A stretch of 64,000 bases of DNA from an uncultured bacterium. GTDB taxonomy: Bacteria; Desulfobacterota_D; UBA1144; Nemesobacterales; UBA2774. The DNA lies in the NCBI GenBank assembly GCA_902826595.1, contig CADEFK010000001.1:11148-75147 (forward strand). Direction: 5' to 3'. Below are positions 61,002-64,000 of this stretch, piece by piece. The translations under genes were made by a program, and so were the position numbers. The notes beneath the pieces are model-generated. The model worked only from the letters and a program-made list of their open reading frames with translations. It ran no database searches and had not been told where the DNA came from. Numbering within the stretch: position 1 is the first letter of the stretch; every line of letters begins with the position of its first letter.

Positions 61002-62822
61002 TTAATACTTCAGATTCTTAAGAAGCCCCTTCAAGCGCGAAAGCGGCTCATTCAGCGAGTTGATGGATTCTGCCCAGAAATCGGGCGATTCGAGGTCCCT
61101 GCCGATGCTCCTCCTTGCGACGTTCTCGGCGGTGTCCGAGCCCGAGAGCCTGAGGAACGCTTCGTATTTCGGGAGGAACTCCTTCCCCTCTCTTTTGAAC
61201 ATTGAAAAAAGACCCCGGCTGAGCAGGTACCCGAACGTATACGGGAAGTTGTAAAACGTTATCCCCGTTATGTAGAAATGGAGCTTCGACGCCCAGAAAT
61301 AGGGGTCCTCGCCTCCCTCTTCGAGCAAGTCGCCGAATATCCTCCGCTGGGTCTGAACCATTAGCTCTTTAAGCCTGCTGACGCTAACTTCGCCCTTTTG
61401 CCTTTCCTCGTAGAATGCCTTCTCGAATTCATAGCGGACGGGTATGTCCATGAGATATATCGCCCCGTGGTTTATTTCCATGTCGAGAGTGAGGGCTTTC
61501 TGCGCATCACTTATGGACGGGTCTTCGAGGACGCCTTCGGTCAGTATCATCTCCCCGAACGTGGACGCCGACTCCGCAAGGGTCATGGGATAGAAATGAG
61601 AATAAGGACGGATATCGCTCATGACGTGGCTGTGAAAAGCGTGTCCGGCCTCGTGCGCAAGGGTCAGCACGTCCCCGAGCGTCTCGTTGTATGTCATGAA
61701 TATCCTAGACTCTTTCGTTGTGAGCGAGCCCGTGCAGAAACCCCCGGGACGTTTCCCCTCACGAGGCTCCCAGTCTATCCACTCTTTTCTGTAGACGGTG
61801 TCCATGAATTTTCCGAGCCTGGGATACGACGCGGCGAATGAGTTCTTGACCATTTTCTTTGCACGGCTCCAGCTCAGCTTCTGTCCCGCTTTCAAGTCGA
61901 GCGGCGCTCCGAGGTCGTACCATGCGATCTTGTCACGATTCATCGTCTCGGCCTTTAACCGGAGTATGGTCCGCGGCAGCTCTAGCTCAGAGTATATCGC
62001 TTCGAACATCGCATCGAGGGTCTTCCCGCTTATCGAGGATTGAAATAGCGCCACATCGAGGAAATGGTCTATCCCCCTGTATTTATTGAGCGTCAGGCGT
62101 GTACCCGCAATTGCGTTAAGCGCCGCCGCCGCCGTATCCTCTATGCTCTGCCACGCCCTGTTGCCCCCTTCGAACGCGGCTTTCCTGACGGCCCTCTCGG
62201 GTTTTTCCATAAGCGACCTTCTCTGCGAGATGGGCAGCGTCTTAACCGTGCCGTCCGGATACGTCATCTCGAACTCGAGCTTCCCGGATATCGTATCGTA
62301 AAGCCGTCCCCATGCGCTGATGCCGTCCACTCCCAGGTCGGCCGCGAGCACTTCGCGCTCGGGGTTCATCTTCTTTTGTGCGTCTTCCCTCAGCCTGCCT
62401 AGATAGTATTTTGAGCTCTTTAATTCTTCACTCTCCCTGAGCGGCTCGAAATTCTCTCCGGAGGCGTCCCTCACGCCCCTCATGAGCTCCACTTTAAGCT
62501 TCGAGAATTCGGCCCCCAGCGCAGACATCTCGGCCTCTTCCCTGAGATAGTCCTCGTTGAGCCCGTCGGCCGCGGACAGACATCCGACATAGGAATCGAT
62601 GTGGGTGTAGCGCGCTATGAGGTCCTCGTTTTTGAGGAAGACGTCCACCCATTCGCTGCCATTAGTATCGTCGAGCGGTGCGAGAGCGGAGGCTTTTTTC
62701 TTCACGGTCTCTATGTCCGTTTTCAGTCTCTCCTTGAACTCCTTCATGTCCTGCCCGTTGAATTCAGGGAAATAGCTCGTCAGGTCCCAGTTCATTTTCG
62801 CAGTCGAATCATTTATAGCCAT
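61002..62822 (-). CDS. pepF: Oligoendopeptidase F (M3B family)
   Basis: HEAGHAFHS zinc-binding HExxH and M3B length (606 aa). Confidence 0.85.
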   Translation of the reverse strand: MAINDSTAKMNWDLTSYFPEFNGQDMKEFKERLKTDIETVKKKASALAPLDDTNGSEWVDVFLKNEDLIARYTHIDSYVGCLSAADGLNEDYLREEAEMSALGAEFSKLKVELMRGVRDASGENFEPLRESEELKSSKYYLGRLREDAQKKMNPEREVLAADLGVDGISAWGRLYDTISGKLEFEMTYPDGTVKTLPISQRRSLMEKPERAVRKAAFEGGNRAWQSIEDTAAAALNAIAGTRLTLNKYRGIDHFLDVALFQSSISGKTLDAMFEAIYSELELPRTILRLKAETMNRDKIAWYDLGAPLDLKAGQKLSWSRAKKMVKNSFAASYPRLGKFMDTVYRKEWIDWEPREGKRPGGFCTGSLTTKESRIFMTYNETLGDVLTLAHEAGHAFHSHVMSDIRPYSHFYPMTLAESASTFGEMILTEGVLEDPSISDAQKALTLDMEINHGAIYLMDIPVRYEFEKAFYEERQKGEVSVSRLKELMVQTQRRIFGDLLEEGGEDPYFWASKLHFYITGITFYNFPYTFGYLLSRGLFSMFKREGKEFLPKYEAFLRLSGSDTAENVARRSIGRDLESPDFWAESINSLNEPLSRLKGLLKNLKY

Positions 62823-63001
62823 TGTTCCTCCGTAGTCATTTTGCTCATTGAGAAATAATTGATACAGGGATGAAATATATCATAATGCAGAACGGTTTGA
62901 AGCTCACCCTGAGTTGAAGATTCGGTTCCACCTTCCCCCAGCTCCTCCTGGGTGGAGTATCTCGTGCTTAAGTGTTTATCGGTGAAATAATTCCAGCTTG
63001 A

Positions 63002-63889
63002 CTATTGCCCGTTGAGATGCCAGTCATAACCGAGCCACCCCATATCGAAGTCGTTTCGTTTTAGAAAGTCCTTTTTATTGTCGTCAGCCAGATAGATTAA
63101 AGCGAAATTCAGAATGGCGTTCTCCTTTTCGCTCCGGCCCTCAAACTCATACTGTCCGCCGTATTTATCAACGAAATCCTCTCCGAACCACTTGAAAATT
63201 TTGGAGAACCGGACCCTACCGTCGTGCTCGTCGATTTCGAGCCCCTTTACGCCGTTATTAATGAAGCCGGCCGAGGCTTGGGACAACTGCTCCTCGAGTT
63301 TGTCGCGGGTATATGCCACTCCCCTCAGGTCGGGACACCCTATGGACGCGCAGTTTATCGCGGCATGTATCCTGGGTTCGTCGAATTCCTTCCTCAGTAT
63401 CTCATGCTCGATCTCCCCGAGGGTTAACGTTTTTCCTGCGGCTTTCCACTTGAGCCCGTCCCACACGCCCTTTATCTGTAGTATGCTGTTCGACGGCACG
63501 AACAAGCCGATCAGGCTGAAGCGCCTGCTAATCGGGTAATTCTCAAGTATCGCGTCGATCGTGAACGCGTTGTACGCATTTATCCAGAATGCGAGCTTCT
63601 CCGGTTCGGTCCACGCCTGATACTCTTCCTCCCGGACTCTGCCCAGCGAGTCAAGGAATTTTTCAAGCTCAGCCTTGGACGATATGAACCCCTTGTAATC
63701 GACACGGGCGTCACGGACGTATTTCCGGAGGAGCGAGCCGTAAAGCGCGTACGTGTGATCGAAGGACTCTGCCTCGGGTGATTCAGACGGATCGCCAACG
63801 GCTGCCGCGTCATGCGCGCTCATGATGACGCTCATGTTGATCAATGCCGATATCACCGCTATTAAGATTATCAGTAAGCTCGTTTTCAT
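63002..63889 (-). CDS. DUF547 domain-containing secreted protein
   Basis: Signal peptide MKTSLLIILIAVISALINMSV. DUF547 core EKLAFWINAYNAFTIDAILENYP...AINCASIGCP. Track ORF extends to 63994. Confidence 0.6.
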   Translation of the reverse strand: MKTSLLIILIAVISALINMSVIMSAHDAAAVGDPSESPEAESFDHTYALYGSLLRKYVRDARVDYKGFISSKAELEKFLDSLGRVREEEYQAWTEPEKLAFWINAYNAFTIDAILENYPISRRFSLIGLFVPSNSILQIKGVWDGLKWKAAGKTLTLGEIEHEILRKEFDEPRIHAAINCASIGCPDLRGVAYTRDKLEEQLSQASAGFINNGVKGLEIDEHDGRVRFSKIFKWFGEDFVDKYGGQYEFEGRSEKENAILNFALIYLADDNKKDFLKRNDFDMGWLGYDWHLNGQ

Positions 63890-64000
63890 TCTCATTAACC
63901 AGATACGGCCGGCAATACGATCCGGTTTTAACATTATATTGAGATTCAATTTATGTTGCCGGCGCTTGTCATTAGCCGGGATACTCTCCTTCATTAGAAC

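Overview
This is a GC-rich (roughly 55-60%) chromosomal window from a Gram-negative-type bacterium, densely packed with housekeeping and respiratory genes. I found no transposase, integrase, CRISPR array, tRNA or rRNA. Recognisable content, in order: 3' end of proB, mltG, a RavA/YehL-like AAA+ ATPase paired with a VWA protein, an alanine/glycine:cation symporter, two tandem paralogous small secreted proteins, a low-GC patch of orphan small ORFs that includes a ribbon-helix-helix protein, an M50 protease with CBS domains, copA plus a cupredoxin-like gene, csp, tpx, a DUF59 protein, bioD, a complete Alternative Complex III operon (actABCDEF), a MenB-like crotonase, a luciferase-like monooxygenase, a cyclophilin, rnhB, dapA, a PH/zinc-ribbon ORF, asd, rpiB, crcB, tam, a GNAT acetyltransferase, an SDR oxidoreductase, the alpha-2-macroglobulin/PBP1C (yfhM-pbpC) pair, metY, a patatin-like lipase, trxB, a GcvT-like protein, mreBCD-mrdA-rodA, a DmpA-like peptidase, a caa3-type cytochrome c oxidase cluster (sco1-coxBACD-ctaAB), pepF and a DUF547 protein. 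I could not support any clearly novel multi-gene system from sequence alone. The most second-look-worthy items are: (i) the ATPase/VWA pair bracketed by long homopolymeric A/T tracts that could fuse or switch the two reading frames; (ii) the tandem secreted paralogs next to a low-GC orphan cluster; (iii) an uncharacterised PH/zinc-ribbon gene translationally coupled between asd and dapA. All calls rest on reading motifs and the supplied ORF track by eye; no searches were run.
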